A DNA stretch of 64,000 nt from Callorhinchus milii (Eukaryota), in assembly GCF_018977255.1 (NCBI RefSeq), contig NW_024704743.1:73782001-73846000 (forward strand), written 5' to 3'. The translations under genes were made by a program, and so were the position numbers. The notes beneath the pieces are model-generated. The model was not told the DNA's origin. It worked only from the letters and a program-made list of their open reading frames with translations, and made no database searches. Shown here piece by piece: positions 1 to 12,108 of this stretch. Position 1 is the stretch's first letter. Each line of letters begins with the position of its first letter.

Positions 1-155
1 CATAGATTTCATAGAATGTTACGGCACAGAAGGAGGCCATTCGGCCCATTGAGTCTGTGCCGGCTTTTTGACAGAGCAAGTCACTTTCACTAACCCCAAT
101 CACCAGCTTTCTTCCCATAACCCTGCAAACCCGTCTTCCCCAGATACCTATCCAC
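1..155 (-). mobile_element. CR1 LINE 3' end fragment
   Basis: catagatttcatagaa...gaaggaggccattcggcccat is the antisense CR1 3' UTR motif also seen at 4850-4890. Confidence 0.7.
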
Positions 156-1182
156 CTTTGGACTCATAGGCAAGAGAGCTACCAACTGAGAAACTCCGTT
201 TTTTAATACCAACTGTGTTTCTCAAATACACCAGAGCTGATCTATCAGCAAACATTAAATAAGATTAGAGCTGTTTACATCATATCAAGTCAAATATTGG
301 GTTTCTTTTAACACTTTTCATAACGTCCACTGTGAGGATTGATACAAAGATAATATGAACCGTTCTGGTTATTTTGCAATTGTGTTAGTTAAATCTTTTC
401 CTCCACCTATAAAAATGAAATAGAAAATCAGGGCTCAACAATTGAGAACTTAACAGTGTGTACAAATAGCTACAGTAATAACCAACCAATTACAGTTTGA
501 TGAACAGAGTGGAATGGAGATTACTAATCGTTCAATTTGCTTTGCCAAAACCAACAAACTCTTGTGTTGGCCATCCTCCAGCTTTGCAGCAGTGTTGTGG
601 ATTAATGTTCTACAGTGCAGAAGTTCAGCAGACCTTTTCCTGAGCTGTACGCCAGTATTTTCTTGAGAATTAACATGCAGTCAGTGTAATCTTTATTTCG
701 TATGGGCAGAAGGCTTTAAAACAGAAATTCACCAACCATTAGTGTCGTATGTTCCTTGAGGATTATTTTTGAGCAAAAGTAATTAAATGTATAGTTTTGT
801 TTTGTTTTTTGGGGCATAGTTCAGGAAATGTTATGCTTGATTTTAATATGTAGATTTAACCCTTCAATTGCTGCCAAGTCAGTGGAAACCTCTTGTTTTC
901 TCAGCTACCCATTCTGCACATTTTCAGCTCATGCATTGAAAACCAAATTACTATAAACTAATCAAACATTAAGCTTAGTATTACTGAAATATTAAACCTG
1001 AACAAATAAAACAAAGAAAAAAAACCTGAAACAAAAAAAACTAGCTGCCTTGTCATCCTATTCACTTTGTTGTTTTTTATTTTGTCTTTACTTGTAATAT
1101 ATTCTTTTTCACTATTTCTAACTTTAAAAGGTTACTTTTTTGTAATAACACAGGTACTGTTTGCTGTCCAAATAGACTAGAG

Positions 1183-2425
1183 CAACAATTTGCACTTATA
1201 CATCACTTGTCATGTAGGGAGAATGTCTCAGAACATTTTACAGAGACTGAGCATGAGCTAAAGCTTGGAGAGACTGAGGGGTAAGGAAGAGGTGGCCAAA
1301 AGAAAAATCAAAGAATGGGGTTTCTAAGATTTGTTTTGAAAGCCAAGAAGGAGGGATGAGGTGAGTAACATGAAAAGGGAGGGTGGTTTGAAGCTTGCCT
1401 GGCAGTAATGGGATGGAGGACGCAGGGGGCATGAAACAGGTCAGAATTAGCAGAGTGGAGATAGCAGCTGGAGGAGTAGAGTTGCAGGAGATCACTGAGG
1501 TAGAATGAACAATTAAAGGCAAGGAGAATTATCTTAAAGTTGGTCGCTCGGCATTAGAGAGCCAGTAGAACTAGGCGATGATGGGCTTATGGGACATTTG
1601 CAGGTAATGTTGTTGTGTTGTTGACTGGAGTTCTGGAAAGTGGAGATGGGAGGCCAGGATACAGAATAGGAAAAGTTGAGTCTGGAGGTGACAAAAGTGT
1701 GGATGGGAGTTTCGGATGTATGGAGGTTGGGGTGGTTACAGACATGGAGGAAAGAATACTTGGTCAGAGCTCAAATTGAAAGGTTTAAAGAGGAGTTGAG
1801 GTTTTTTTAAAAAATGCTACGGTTCCACACAGGCTTGAGTTACGGGAGGTCGATACAGTCAGAACCTGAAGTGGGAATGCACTGGTGGAAGAGGAGCGAG
1901 GTAGCCTCAGATTTGTGGAGGTTGAGATGGAGAAAGCTAAGGCTTGGAAAAGATGTCTGATTGGCAGCCTATCAGAACAGCAGTGGTCCTGAAGTTGAGT
2001 CAAAAAAGATGGAGTTTGGTGTTATCCTTATACATGTAAAAGATGTCACCAAGGGGGAGAATGTAGATGAGGACCAAAGATAGAACCCTGAAGAACGCGG
2101 TGCATGACTGTACAGGGGCAGAAGCAGAAAACGTTAGAAGAGACATAACACTAGGAGGAGAACAGCATTATCAGCAGTGCAAAACAGCGGAGAGATCAAG
2201 GAGGCATAGGGAGCATCTGAAGGTACAGGTTGCAGGAGAAGATGATGTGTGTGACTTGGATCAGGGCTGTGTAGATCTTGTGGTGGGATGGAATCCAGAT
2301 TGGATGGACTCAAACAGAGAATAGTGGAGGAGGAAGAAGGAGCAAAGCAGGAGACAATGAAACAGTCCAGCACTTTGGAGAAGAAGGGTAGGTTTGAGAT
2401 GGAACGGTAACTGGAGAGACTTACT
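1183..2425 (-). mobile_element. Old, degraded L2 LINE fragment
   Basis: caacaatttgcacttata tail followed by purine-rich sequence alignable by eye to younger L2 copies in the window. Confidence 0.65.
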
Positions 2426-2859
2426 CAAAAATAGAAAATTACCCCACTTGACAACAATCATCTGTGAAACTCTTTGAGACATTTCAATGTTATAGGCACT
2501 ATGTTAATGTAATGTTATCTTGCCTACGGAAACCTGATTCAACTGTGAGTCGGATCAGTGAGTCACTGGGCTATTTGACTGGGAATAGAGTAGAGTAGAA
2601 TACAATACAGCCAAACAAGAGCCTTCCTCAGCTTATAATATATTCACAGTATATTTTGTGAAGCAGTTTGAGAAGTCTTGAAGATGTAATAAGGCGTTGT
2701 ATCAAGTGCAAGTATTATTAAAAGGAGAGGAATTTTTCATGGTTTTAAACCTTAAGACTATGGTCTTAAAGTTTAAGATTTTACAGAATTTGGAAAAATT
2801 CTTAAATGCAGTCATTCAGCCAGTTCATTGCCTAAACATAGACTTGCAGCAGGACTTAC

Positions 2860-3050
2860 TGGTTGGAATTGCAATCAGGAATGTGACTGGATGATTTTCT
2901 CCTCCTTACCCTCAGGATGCTGAGGCCACTTGTAGTTGATCCCAGCTGAGATCAACTAACTCAGCAAGTATCAGTGATCAAACCTGCAATTTCTTGGTCT
3001 GTTTGGTTCAAAAATACACCATGGCATGCTTTTATTTAATGAACCAGTGA
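2860..3050 (-). mobile_element. Degraded tRNA-derived SINE head (family not assigned)
   Basis: cccagctgagatcaactaactcagc...gatcaaacctg contains an antisense B-box-like motif; a related fragment lies at ~23900-23960 on the + strand. Confidence 0.4.
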
Positions 3051-3191
3051 AAGAAACACATTTCTTTGATTAATGCTGTCTTTTTAAAAAGAAATTTGGC
3101 ACACAAAAGCCTTAAATCCACATGGTTTAAAGCCTTACAATTATTCATTGTCTTAACATTTCAGCTCATGTAGAAATGTTATATCCTCTTT

Positions 3192-3646
3192 GGGGGAGAT
3201 AAGCAGGGTCTCCTTGGAGCTGAACTGGCTCCAAGGTGACACGGATGGCATCGCAATGTCAGAATCAGGCCAACCCTCTGTAGGATCTTAATAGTTCAGT
3301 TCCTGAGCCAGGCCGGTCCGCAGTATTCCAGGGCACTGCTGATCAGCTTGACTCATCAGCAGGACTTGGAAGGGCAAAGCAGTCACTGGGGGCAGGGAAT
3401 CTTCTTGTCTTTTACAACCTGCGCTTTATACTTTCCAGAATTAGATAAGCAGGATGCGTCCCTCCAGGGAGAGAGTGCACATTCCATTCAAACAATCTAT
3501 CTCAGGAATTTCCATGTACAGATGGGATGCACTATGGTTTATAATAATAATAATAATAATAATAATCCTTGCATTTGATATGGTTTGGATACTTTTTAGC
3601 ATGGTCATGGGTTTCTGCATGTCAGACACCCATCTGACCAAAAAAA
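3192..3646 (+). mobile_element. Unclassified hairpin-bounded, A-tailed interspersed repeat ('family X'), copy with both ends
   Basis: Starts GGGGGAGATAAGC, with a 9-bp stem at 3212-3236; ends gtcaga-caccca-tctgac-c-A7. Homologous to six other loci in the window. Confidence 0.7.
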
Positions 3647-4328
3647 TCTCATATAGAATTTAGGCAATTTCTTAAATTCAATCTTACTAATTTTCTGCAT
3701 TCCCTTGAAAGACCTGCAGAAAACTAACTTAAAAACTGGAGCTACATTTAAGTTTTTAAGGCAATAAATAATCCTAAGGCTGAAACAATATGTAAGTTCA
3801 GGCTCACCAAGTTTATCCAACAGACAAAAAGGAAAGAAATACCATTTTCACTGCATCCCCCTATGCCAATCGATTACAGTTTTGTCTGATGAAATCAGAA
3901 AACTCAGCTGTACCTTTCCCCTTAAATGAATGATTTTTTTTAATATTTGTGTGCATATATAGTGGATAGAAAGTAGAGCTGCAGGACATAATGACCTCAT
4001 TCTTTAACAAATCTTTCCAACTGCCTGATGTTTGCTGGATGCTACTGCCAACATGTTTTCACATGAGACTAAAAACATATGGAGGATGAGTTGTTACTAT
4101 TTTTTGTGAAGCTTGGATCATTGCATACTTTGAAGCTAACAATAAATTTACAACAGTAGGTGTGCAAGGAATGTTGTCGACTTTCAGGAAGTAGTGAATG
4201 TTTATATGATGCAATGGCAGCAATTTAGATTTTTTACTTGGTTTAAGGGAATACAGACTAGTGGTTGAAAAGTGAAAATAATTGGTTCAGCATAACATTA
4301 TTAAATGCTACAGTATTCTGGTACACTG

Positions 4329-4391
4329 TAAATCCTTCCCACTCTTCCACGACCAACTAAATCCTTGCCACTCTTCCATGACCAACTAAAT
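4329..4391 (+). repeat. 29-bp tandem duplication (2.2 copies)
   Basis: taaatccttcccactcttccacgaccaac / taaatccttgccactcttccatgaccaac / taaat. Confidence 0.9.
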
Positions 4392-4828
4392 GGGTTTAAT
4401 GCTGGTTATTTAAGCAATTAATTCAGGAGTTTATGAGGTGTGAACTAGTGCCTGAATGCTGAACAAGCATGAGCATTGAATTTATTGGAGGGCATGAACA
4501 ACTTATTGCCAGATAAAATTGTGATTCTTTCATTCGTTGCTGTCACGCTGTATGTTTGGGATTTCATTTTCCTTCCAATATTCCAGTTTACACTACCTGT
4601 CTGCTTCACGTTTTTGAATAAAAGAATCTGTCTCAATATAAAACTCCCTTTTTTTAAGAATTTTGTACCACATGTAATTGTAGTCTTAATATGTGCATGG
4701 CATGATGCTTTGGAGTTGGCAACATTCAATTGGCTAAGTCATATCCTGGCTTTTATTGACTGTTTCATTAATGTTTTTGTTCTGTGGTAGACTAGTGTAG
4801 AATCAATGTAAAANCACTTGTGTTATAT

Positions 4829-5755
4829 CATAACATAACATAACATGTAGGAGCAGGAGTAGGCCATTCAGCCCTTCGAGCCTGCCCCGCCATTCAATCA
4901 TGGCTGATCTTCTAATCTAACTCCAGCTAATACCATAACCCTGCCTTATCCCCATATCCCATAATCCCTTTTGCAATAAGAAATCTTATCTATCTCAGTC
5001 TTGAATATGTTCAAGGACTGAGCATCAACAGCCCTTTGGGGTAGTGAGTTCCATACATTCCCCACCCTTTGAGTGAAGAAGTTCTTCCTCAACTCAGTGC
5101 GAAAGGGCTGGTCTCTGATTTTAAAGTTGTGACCCCTGGTTTTAGTTTCTCCAACCAGGGGAAACAATCTCCCACTATCTACTCTATCATGCCCTTTGAT
5201 GATCTTATAGGTTTCTGTAAGATCCCCTCTAATTCTTCTATATTCTAGAGAATATAGGCCCAAATTGGTCAGCCTATCCTCGTAACTCATCCCCTTCATC
5301 CCTGGCACTAACCTAGTAAATCTACGCTGCACCCCCTCCAAGGCAAGTACATCCTTCCTTAAATGAGGAGACCAAAACTGCACACAGTATTCCAGGTGTG
5401 GTCTCACCAGGGCCCTATACAGATGCAGCAAGACTTCCCTACTATTGTGCTCTAATCTTTTCATAATGAATGCTAACATACCGTTCGCCTTCCTAATTGC
5501 TGCTGCGCCTGCAGACTAACTTTCTGTGATTGGTGTACAAGGCACCCAAGTCCCTCTGGACACTAACACATTCCAATCTCTCCCCTTCTAAAAAATAACT
5601 CGCTCTACTGTTTTTGCTACTGTTTTTGACTTCGCACTTCCCTACATTATACTTCATCTGCCACCTACCTGCCCAATCACCTAACCTATCTATGTCTCGC
5701 TGCATTTTTTTAATGTCGTCCTCTGTGTTGACACTTCCTCCTATTTTTGTGTCAT
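4829..5755 (-). mobile_element. 5'-truncated CR1 LINE (ORF2 C-terminus, 3' UTR and (TATGT)n tail)
   Basis: ORFs 4946-5479 (LYRALVRPHLEYCVQFWSP...QRRFTRLVPGM) and 5493-5705 (QRDIDRLGDWAGRWQMKYN) are CR1 RT C-terminal motifs separated by a frameshift; (CATAA)n tail on + at 4829-4846. Confidence 0.92.
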
Positions 5756-8034
5756 AATATCGATTTTATACTATGGATCCTCTGATACAGTTTGTAGCAC
5801 TTGTACTTTTGTTATTTCATGGAAATTGTCTCTTCGTTTCCGAGGGGAGAGCGTACTTTTGGTGTGGTGACCTTCTGTGTGCATAAGTGGTGCAACAAAA
5901 CACGTGGAGAACCTTTGGGCGCTGATATTCTTCATCTTCACAAAAATGGTGGCTGACGCCAAGAGATGATCTGAATATCAGGCAGTTTTGTTCCCTGTTC
6001 TGCAAATCAGAACAATACACATCAGACACAATTGTTAATTTGAGATTTGCACAAACTACTGCTATATTATTTGGTGTTTCTAGGGATAAAGAATAACCAC
6101 CTATATGTTAGTCTCATGGGAACATTTCATCTTTAAAGGTTCACACATTTATGTACACCATTTGCAACTGGTAGGAGGAGAGATGGTAAAACCTTTTGTG
6201 CTTCCTGAGTTGCTCAATTGTAAGATTAGATTGTTATTGTGAGTGGAATAAGCTTGATATTTTACTCTGATGTATATCTATCTTATTCATTCAATGTGGT
6301 GTCCCAAGTGCAGAACAATTTGTACAAGCCAGATTGATGGTTTGTGGGATAAAACTATATTTTTAATACATGCTGCCTTAGGGACTTCCTGCATTACTCC
6401 CAGTATGAACTATTTCTGAGACATCCTGCACCCTACTTAGGGTGACTATGCCAGCACTTTGACCTTTGGAGCATAACAAGTTCCTGCATCATATATATGG
6501 AATAAAAAAAATGGGAGTAACTCATTAACAGGTTGGTGCTGTTCTGTTTTATGCTTTTGGCTTACAACCATGTCCATTCCATTATATGCTACGATTGAAC
6601 AGATGTTTGAATCCCTATTTAAATGGTGATGATTGCACATAATTCTATTTTCATATTGCGAGGCAAAGGGAGAATACATCTTCAAAGAGTTTTTAAATAG
6701 AGCATTTCATTGTTTTATATTTGACTTATTACTTCCTGCCATTTGTACAATATCCAAGCCAGTCAGCTTCCTTTGGCAGTCAGCAGTAAGTTCAAGCCTT
6801 TTTTTAAAAAAAAAGTTTTAAAATATTGTTTTCACAGCAGATTAGGAATCCAGCAAGTCAAGCTGGTGTAATTCGTAGTCATATAAACATAAAAGCAATA
6901 ATTGAGATACTTGAATTTACATTTTAAAATTTCCTCTTGTTATTTTGGCTCTTTTCAAGTTTTCCTCTCCAAATTTTATGTGTCTGGAATATTGTAACAA
7001 GAGGAGGCAATTCAGTTTTTTGAGATGGTTTGATTTCTATATATCTCCCTTTAAACACCCCAATTTATTCTGGATGCACGACCTATTGGGATAATATTGC
7101 TATTGTGTGAACTAGTACGTGGCAACTTTTACTCCACTTTAGCATGTCAACAGTCAGTCGGAAATGGGAAAATGCATATCCTGTTGCTGTCAGGTCAGCA
7201 TAGTTTTTGAAGCAATAGATGTGATTTACAAATCTACTGAAGCTCTTTGCAGAAATGATTGGCAAATCTAGAATTGAGACTGTTAGGGAAGAACTGTGGT
7301 GGTCAGCTTGATAATAGAAAGCAGAAAGTGAGCAAAGCATTACCCAGACTATGGTTGGTTCTGCAGGCGAATGTTTTGATCGTTGATAGTTCGCCATTTG
7401 CTTACAAAATTGAAATGCACTTTATAGCAAATGCTGTCAAGAGCTTGGAGACAGGCTTATGTCCTGAAAGGAGCTATGTTAAATACAAGGATTATTATTT
7501 TTATTATAAACTGTGTGTAAAAAAAAAAGGTAGTCAAAACTTTTGTTGATGACATCCAGCTATGTGGCCAGGAGAGCCAGGTAAACAAAATGATAGTTTC
7601 AATTGACAGGCAAGTTGAGTTCATGATCAAAGAATTAGTGAATTGAATATACGTTTTCATAGAGGGAATATGAAATCTATACTTGGAAGAGGAAAATTGT
7701 TGGTTGTGATCACTCAGTGAAATTATTCGGTCAGTGTGTTACCAACGATATTAATCAAGTATGGGATATATCTTAATACTAATAGATTATAAATAAGATG
7801 ACATTTGTCATTCACTTAATGGCCATTTATGGGTCATTGCTTTGTGCAAATTGGCTTTTGGATTCGCTACACATACACAATTACCACTTTACAGTAAATC
7901 CTGTAAAGCTTTTTGAGACATTTTGACAATGTGTTAAGGCGATATATCAAATGCAAGGATTTTTATTTACTTGAATCAAAACATCAAAATTCATTGATAA
8001 AACCACATTTTCTGAAATGCTGTATATTGTCCAG

Positions 8035-8092
8035 CGCCTTGGGACGTCCTCCTGACGTGAAAGGCGCTTTACAAATATAATCTTGTCGTCGT
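8035..8092 (+). mobile_element. Tail-only L2 insertion
   Basis: Only the L2 3' stem-loop and degenerate (TTG)n tail, flanked by an imperfect 14-bp direct repeat (8021-8034 / 8093-8106). Confidence 0.75.
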
Positions 8093-8656
8093 TGTATTTT
8101 GTTCAGTTTTTTACTGAACAAAAAACCTCAGAGTTAAGCAAAGCAGTGGTTAAAAACCACAAACCAGAAATCAAATATGCGATCTGGCTTTCAAGCACTG
8201 AGAATGGTGTTGCAGAGGGAATTATTCATATTTGATACTTGGGGCATTTCTATATTTGGACCAGGTTAAACCAAATAATGGGACTTTAGGATGCTGCATC
8301 TTCAAATGCATTTAAGCATTTGAGATGGATCTGAGAAGAGTGATGGTGATGATTCCAGTTCATAGCATTGAGGATTGCATTTGAACAAAGATTTATTGAG
8401 AATGTGATCATAGTCTTTATTTTAACGAATAAACTGGAAGGCATTGATGAAGCTGATTCCGGTTGAACTCAAGTATTATTTGCAAAAAAAAAGTTTTACT
8501 ATATTGTGATTTAGCAGCATTTGTTTCATTACTGTGTATATTTTATGCTGTTAAGTTTTAAACCTTTATCAAAGACGTATCTAAAAATGACTGTGGTCAG
8601 TAGTTTTTTTTATTACTATTGGGTTTCAGTTGGCTTGTTTCCTCTTTTCATTTCAG

Positions 8657-8729
8657 ATAATGGGTTTATACCAGATACATTACTGGAGGATGTGATGAGA
8701 GCATTGGACTTGGTGTCAGATCCTGAATA
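8657..8729 (+). CDS. MINDY3: MINDY3 deubiquitinase, internal exon (73 nt, EF-hand-like region)
   Basis: tttcag|AT AAT GGG ... GAA TA|gtaagt. Encodes (D)NGFIPDTLLEDVMRALDLVSDPE(Y), matching recalled human DNGFIPDSLLEDVMKALDLVSDPEY. Confidence 0.95.
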
Positions 8730-9254
8730 GTAAGTGTTCCTTGCAACGTCATGATATATGATATTATAAAACCTTAAATTAAATTGGAGATTATCATTGT
8801 TCTTATGGGAAATGAGAATTGTAAAAACCTTGTTGATGCATTACATGAAATTATTTAAATTGTGGACCTTAATAGAGCTGTACAGGAACACGACCCAAAA
8901 TGGGAGCTAGGTAAATTAATATCTACTCACACATTCTCATATATTCGATTTGGTCATAAGTGGGATCTGTTGTTGGATGGAAAGCATGTATTTTTCTGGC
9001 AGAAGCTATAGCTTACTGGGATAGGATGCTGTATTCAGCTGGTGCATAATCTCATCCCTGAAAGCATCTGTGCCAAATTCGCTGACATAATATTGAAATT
9101 TAATCTGTAGCCAATTATTGTGGAATAATACTGATCTCTTTTGCCAATATTTCCCCCTCTGCTGAAGAACTAGATTCTGCCAGGAACCAATACCAGCCAT
9201 TCTCCATAGCTTCATGTATGAGCCTGGAAAGTGAGTTTTGGCATTGTTCAACTA

Positions 9255-9573
9255 CAGGGTGTTCATAAAACTCCTGTTACCCCCATGTGTTTTTTCTATA
9301 GTGCTCTGACCAACAGTTGAAACATGTGTAAGAATGGTTATGATTGTATTTAGAAGTACTTAATTGTATTCAGTACCATTGTTTAACTGTAATTAGACGT
9401 GCAGAGGATTGGCGTGAGCGCCATCATTTTCATGGCAGATAATGATCTGTTGCCATGTTCGGTGCAATATCTTCCATAACATGGATGGAGTGACAAGGAA
9501 GTTCTGTCTACAACAGAAGATAAAAATTCATTAGAAAAAAAACAAGGGGAAACAAGACTTTGTGAACATTCTT
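9255..9573 (+). mobile_element. Tc1/mariner-like MITE, copy 1
   Basis: TA|CAGGGTGTTCATAAAA ... CTTTGTGAACATTCTT|TA; interior homologous to 22870-23168. Confidence 0.8.
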
Positions 9574-9736
9574 TATAACTAAGTCTCTCCATGCCTTCAC
9601 CCAAAGGTGTTGAAAGTACAGTTAAACATAAACAGATTTTTTCTGAGCTTTTCTGTTTTGATAAATATTTAATCTTTTTATCATAGTTGACCGTGTTAGT
9701 GATCACGTTTCAATGCAAGCAAATCTCGCTGTGGTT

Positions 9737-10060
9737 CATAGAATCATGGAATGGCACAGGACAGAAACAAGCCATTAGGTCTTTCAAGTGAGCGGTGGTA
9801 GATTTCGCCACATGAGATACCTTGTTTACTCTGTGTAGCCTTTAATTGTCCTGTTTTTCTAATTTCTATCTAATTCCTTTTTAAAGGAATTTCTGGAATC
9901 TACCTTAACAATGGTCTTTGGGGCACATAATTGCACATTCCAATCATCCTCTGTTAAAGATTTTTTCTTCTAATCTCCCCTTTAATTCCTTTTGCAAATA
10001 CATTAAATTGACTTGCCAACCAGCAGAAATAATGTATTGCTATTTACAGCTTTCATAACA
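9737..10060 (-). mobile_element. Degraded CR1 3' fragment
   Basis: catagaatcatggaatggcacag...gccattagg tail and ttccaatcatcctctgttaaag body resemble the CR1 at 4829-5755. Confidence 0.55.
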
Positions 10061-10091
10061 TTGAAGACCTTTACCTTCTAAGCTGCAGTAT

Positions 10092-10520
10092 GTCAGTTTA
10101 GGGTGGCTCAGTTTGTAGCACTCGCCTCTGAAGCAGAAGATTGTGGATTCAAGCCCTACATCAATACTTTAAGCTCTTAGTCTATGCTGGCACTCCAATG
10201 CAATGCTGTGGACAGCTGCATCATTAAAGGTGTTACCTTTCAGGTGAGATGTTATACCAAGGATCTGCCTTTCCAGATGGACATTAGAGATCACAAGGCA
10301 CTGTTCGAAATGAGAAGGGAGTTTCTCCCAACGTCCTGGTTAACAATTCTCCAGATAAAATTGGTTATTCACTTCATGGCTGTTTGTAGAATATTTCTGT
10401 GCGCTAATCGGCTTCTATATTTGCCTACAAATCACTACAATTTACAGTAAAATCCTTTGACGTTTCACTTTGAGACTTTTCAACTATGTGATAAGGCGCT
10501 ATAAAAATGAAAGTATTATA
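10092..10520 (+). mobile_element. Deu-domain tRNA SINE (SacSINE1-like), near full length
   Basis: tRNA head (gtggctcagtttgtagcactc...ggattcaagccc), central domain (ttcaggtgagatgtt...gatggacatta...cacaaggcactgttcgaa) and L2-like tail; colinear with 41170-41590. Confidence 0.7.
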
Positions 10521-11436
10521 TCAGTAGTACATAAAAGTCCTAAGAAGCATGAGAAGTTTCTCTGCATAAGAAAACTTCTCATTCCTGGTGACATCCAAGT
10601 GAATACATTATAAATTTTCTACTGCTGATGGGTGAATGTTAAAACCCTGATCCCATTGAATCAATACAAAATCTACATAAGCCTAGAGAAATTTCTCAAG
10701 TCTCATCAAAATGGAACCCCTCATTCCTGGTAACATCCTAGAGAATCTATGCTTTGCCTTTTCCATTGCTGACAGGTCAGGATTAAACCCTGCCAAATCA
10801 ATGCAAACTTTACATGGGCATCTATAAAACTCTTGCAGCATCACTCAAGTGTGGCTGCCAGCAAAATCCCTACAATGTAAAAGAGCATTTCCCCAGACAA
10901 CCCCCTACATAACACACAGTCTCATCAGAGCCAAAATGTGTGCTGTACAGAGGGCTCCCTGGAGAAAGGCCGTTTACATCAAGGACACTTTTGCCAACAG
11001 CCACAAAGCTGCTGGAGTGCTTTTTAAAATGTCACTATTGCACTAATCATTACCATGCTAAGTGTACATCAGGAACATACTTGTTTGAGAAGCAATAATA
11101 CACCTGTATTTTCCCTCAGGCAAATGCTTCTCATAATCTTTGCTAAATTTTGAAAATCTCCTGTATTTACATTGCAATTTTATCAGTTGGCATATGGCCT
11201 CCCAATATTTTGACAGTTTTTTAAGTGATTTCCATTCCATCTCGACCAATCATTTAAGCATCAATGATTTGGTGGATTCTTCACTGTCACTATAAAAACT
11301 ATAAATATCTGTGTTCCTGATTCAAAAGTTTCCCAATACTAATACATTCATTTTTCTCAACATTTAGGATTTTGCAGAATTTTACATATCCTAAGTATTA
11401 ATTTGGAAACTGGCTTAAGGACTATAATAATGCTTC

Positions 11437-11775
11437 ATAATTTGCATTTGATCTGGCACCTTATTATCCAGACCTTTCAAAATGTTTTAGTGCATTTTGC
11501 TGTGAAGTGTGGTGTTTGTGTATTTGTAGGTGAATTTGGGAGCCAATTTGTACACCGTAATATCCCATAAAGAGCCATGAAGTGAGTAACCAATTTTTAT
11601 TTGAAGAATTGTTGGCCAGGACACCGGGATAAATTTCTTTCTTTTAGTAGTGCTATGGAATGTTTAACATCCATCTGAACAAGCAGATGAGGCTTCGGTT
11701 TAATATCTCACTCAAAGGACAGCACCTCCAGCCCTGCATTTGAGTGCAGCCTAGACTATGTGAGTTCAAAATCCT
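11437..11775 (-). mobile_element. Deu-domain SINE, 5'-truncated
   Basis: Colinear with 41170-41520 (ttggccaggacacc...tttaacatccatctgaac...tttaatatctcactcaaaggacagcacctc). Confidence 0.7.
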
Positions 11776-12108
11776 AAGTATGAACTGCCATAAATCAGCT
11801 TCTAAATTGTATCAGCATCAGCTTGAACATTCAATTTTTGGGGAAGAGATTAAACATCTTACTCCACTAACTTTCCTAAGGCGTAGGCAAATGGGACCTA
11901 TCTGTCTGTACAAGAGGAACACAGGCTGACAGCGGCTTTGACTTTATAAACTCTGCTTTAAGTATTAGTGGTGCTTTTGTGTAAAGTGACACTGACCTGG
12001 CCGCAATCTCCTTCACACTTCCATCATCTGGGACAGAGATAATTATGTTTATTTTTAAAAATCGTTGTCATCTTAAGTAATTTTGTTCAGAACCAGCTTC
12101 CACACTAT

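Noticed and set aside
4946..5479. 177-aa ORF as a host gene (likewise ORFs at 12073-12840, 16673-17257 and 56250-56774)
   Set aside because: Truncated, frameshifted CR1/L2 reverse-transcriptase fragments; no intact autonomous element in the window.
1..8656. The preceding MINDY3 exon (DMALVAPEAPSEQARRVFQTYDPE-like)
   Set aside because: Not found by eye in this interval; presumably upstream of the window, although a diverged copy could have been missed.
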